This document shows, one piece after another, positions 52,248 through 53,861 of a stretch of 53,861 bases of DNA; the stretch's first letter is position 1; the number at the start of each line of letters is the position of its first letter. The stretch spans positions 1-53,861 of the forward strand of contig JACRMU010000004.1 of assembly GCA_016219515.1 (NCBI GenBank), in the 5' to 3' direction. The notes beneath the pieces were generated by a model. It searched no databases and had not been told where the DNA came from. It worked only from the letters and a program-made list of their open reading frames with translations. This DNA comes from Deltaproteobacteria bacterium (GTDB lineage: Bacteria > Desulfobacterota > Deferrimicrobia > Deferrimicrobiales > Deferrimicrobiaceae). A program made the position numbers and the translations under genes.

Positions 52248-52921
52248 AGATTCTCTTCTCGGTGCAGGGACGATACGGGGAGCGGATCGCGGAAAATGTC
52301 CGCGCGAACGGACCGGCGGGCTGGGAAACCTCGGTGCTCAAGCTCCCCGCGCGCCTCCCTCTCGTGATCGACGACCCGGAGGAGATCCTTCCCGGCGCTT
52401 TGCCCGCGGCGGACCTGCTGGTTTCCCTCCACGAGAGCCCGGGGGCTGCCGAGCTGATCCCCGACATCGCCGCGCGGTGCGGCGCCCGGGCCGTCCTGGC
52501 CGCCGTGGACGACCGGACCGTCTGCCCGACGGGCCTGGAGAACCAGGTCCGGAAGCGGCTCGCCGCCATGGGAGTCGCGAACGCCTTCCCGCGCCCGCTC
52601 TGCGGGTTCGACGGCGGGCCGGACCCGCTGCTCCGCGAATTCGCGGCGAACTTCGGCCGGCCGAAGTTCCGGATCGCGCGGGACGGCGACCGCGTGGCGT
52701 CCGTGGAAGTGCTGCGGGACGCCCCGTGCGGATCGGCGAAGTTCGTCGCCTCCATCCTCGAGGGGGTCCGTGTCCCGGAGGCGTCCGATACCGGCGCGCT
52801 GCGCCACCACCATCATCCCTGCCTGGCGTCGATGGAGATCGACCCCGACCTGCAGGACACGATCCTGCACCTGTCCGGATACATCGTCCGCGCCGCGATC
52901 AAGTCGGCATTGAAGGAATAA
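52244..52921 (+). CDS. DUF166-family protein (annotated in some archaea as putative thymidylate synthase)
   Basis: 225 aa. ATGA overlap with cooC. Starts MKILFSVQGRYGERIAENV. Five Cys (CGARA, VCPTG, LCGFD, PCGSA, HPCLAS) and an HHHH run. The family assignment is from memory of DUF166 N-termini. Confidence 0.65.
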   Translation: MKILFSVQGRYGERIAENVRANGPAGWETSVLKLPARLPLVIDDPEEILPGALPAADLLVSLHESPGAAELIPDIAARCGARAVLAAVDDRTVCPTGLENQVRKRLAAMGVANAFPRPLCGFDGGPDPLLREFAANFGRPKFRIARDGDRVASVEVLRDAPCGSAKFVASILEGVRVPEASDTGALRHHHHPCLASMEIDPDLQDTILHLSGYIVRAAIKSALKE

Positions 52922-52935
52922 AGAGGAAAGCCCTT

Positions 52936-53861
52936 CTACGCTATTTCCCGGGAACGGTCGAGGACTTCCCGCACCATGCGGGTCAGCTTGTCTGCGCGGT
53001 ACGGCTTGGGCAGGAACGCGGACGCCCGCGAGGTACCCCTCGACGCGTGCCCGCTGGAGAGAATCACCTTCGCGTGCGGGTCCAGCGTGCGAATGCGGGC
53101 CAGGACCTCGGTCCCCGACAGGTGCGGCATCGTCAGGTCCAGGATCACGAGGTCGATCCGGTCCCGCAGATCGAGGTAGAGGTCGATCGCCTGCTGGCCG
53201 TCGACCGCGGTCACGACGGAATATCCATGGACCTCCAGGACCTGCTGCGCGAGGCTCCGGATCATCTCCTCGTCGTCCACGAGGAGGATCGTCTCCTTCC
53301 ACGTTCTCATCCTGGCCGCTTCCGGACTCTGGAGCTTTTCCTCTTCCGCCTTTTCTTCCGCCCGGGGCAGGTACGCATGGAACGTCGTCCCCTTCCCCGG
53401 CTGGCTCTCGAGATTGACCCATCCCTCGTGCTGCTTGATGATGCCGTACACCGTGGAAAGCCCGAGCCCGGTGCCCCGCCCCAGCTTCTTCGTGGTGAAG
53501 AACGGCTCGAACACCCGGCGCTGCGTCGCCTCGTCCATCCCCGTCCCGTTGTCGGAAATCGACACGACGACGAAATCCCCCTTGCGCGCGTACGGGTACT
53601 CCCTTCGGTACTCGTCCCCGACGGAGGCATTTCTCGTGACGACCTGTATCCGGTATCCTCCGGGAGGCGGATCGTCCTTGTGTCCTCCCTCCAGGCGCTC
53701 CATGATCGCGTCCCTGGCGTTCACGCAGAGGTTCATCATCACCTGGTGCATCTGGTTGGGGTCGGCCACGGCATGCCACAAACCGTTCGAGGAGCAGATC
53801 TCCATCTCGATCCGCCGGTCGATGGTTTGCGCGAACAGGTCCACGCCCTCCCTCCCCACCT
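52936..53861 (-). CDS. hybrid sensor histidine kinase / response regulator (C-terminal part; 5' end beyond the window)
   Basis: The frame is open to the window edge. HATPase boxes MNLCVNARDAI, DNGTGMD and GTGLGLS. REC domain ILLVDDEEMI..ILDLTMPHLSG..LPKP. Confidence 0.85.
   Translation of the reverse strand, partial: VGREGVDLFAQTIDRRIEMEICSSNGLWHAVADPNQMHQVMMNLCVNARDAIMERLEGGHKDDPPPGGYRIQVVTRNASVGDEYRREYPYARKGDFVVVSISDNGTGMDEATQRRVFEPFFTTKKLGRGTGLGLSTVYGIIKQHEGWVNLESQPGKGTTFHAYLPRAEEKAEEEKLQSPEAARMRTWKETILLVDDEEMIRSLAQQVLEVHGYSVVTAVDGQQAIDLYLDLRDRIDLVILDLTMPHLSGTEVLARIRTLDPHAKVILSSGHASRGTSRASAFLPKPYRADKLTRMVREVLDRSREIA

Noticed and set aside
1-53861. A window-wide scan for CRISPR repeats, tRNA/rRNA genes, transposases, integrases or phage genes.
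   Set aside because: No regularly spaced repeats, no tRNA-like T-loop or acceptor structures in the intergenic gaps, and no ORF with recombinase or transposase motifs. The only repeats are the amt duplication, the 17-bp inverted repeat and the 13-nt tandem repeat reported above.

Overview
GC-rich, densely coding bacterial chromosomal segment with about 48 protein genes. I recognised no rRNA, tRNA, CRISPR array, transposase or integrase. From left to right the window holds: hemA (cut by the window edge) with a ccsA-like gene; an outer-membrane-like protein; a diguanylate cyclase / HD-GYP pair; a Dpp-type peptide importer with no ATPase genes; and a sugar ABC importer (TAT-signal binding protein, MalK-like ATPase, fused MalF/MalG-type permease). 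That importer runs into a peptidoglycan-recycling neighbourhood: nagZ, slt, a TIM-barrel enzyme, an AmgK-like kinase, a MurU-like nucleotidyltransferase and an MFS transporter. Next come a TAT/Fe-S aldo-keto reductase; glgX; a LivJ-type binding protein with a hybrid histidine kinase; a DUF255 thioredoxin-like protein, uppP, PMM/PGM and an ACT-malic enzyme; an XRE-cupin regulator; nth; a disrupted acyl-CoA synthetase; AMMECR1 with a REC-HD-GYP regulator; a divergent YchF-like GTPase; and a PIG-L deacetylase. Two tandem, near-identical ammonium transporters follow, each behind its own sigma-54 promoter and with no glnK. The most notable feature is a seven-gene, translationally coupled acetyl-CoA synthase / corrinoid Fe-S protein operon (acsB-acsD-acsC-RACo-like-coreMetE-like-cooC-DUF166). 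It has no CODH (acsA) and no AcsE-type methyltransferase. The window ends in a truncated hybrid kinase. Many long ORFs in the track are GC-driven antisense or alternate-frame artefacts and were discarded.
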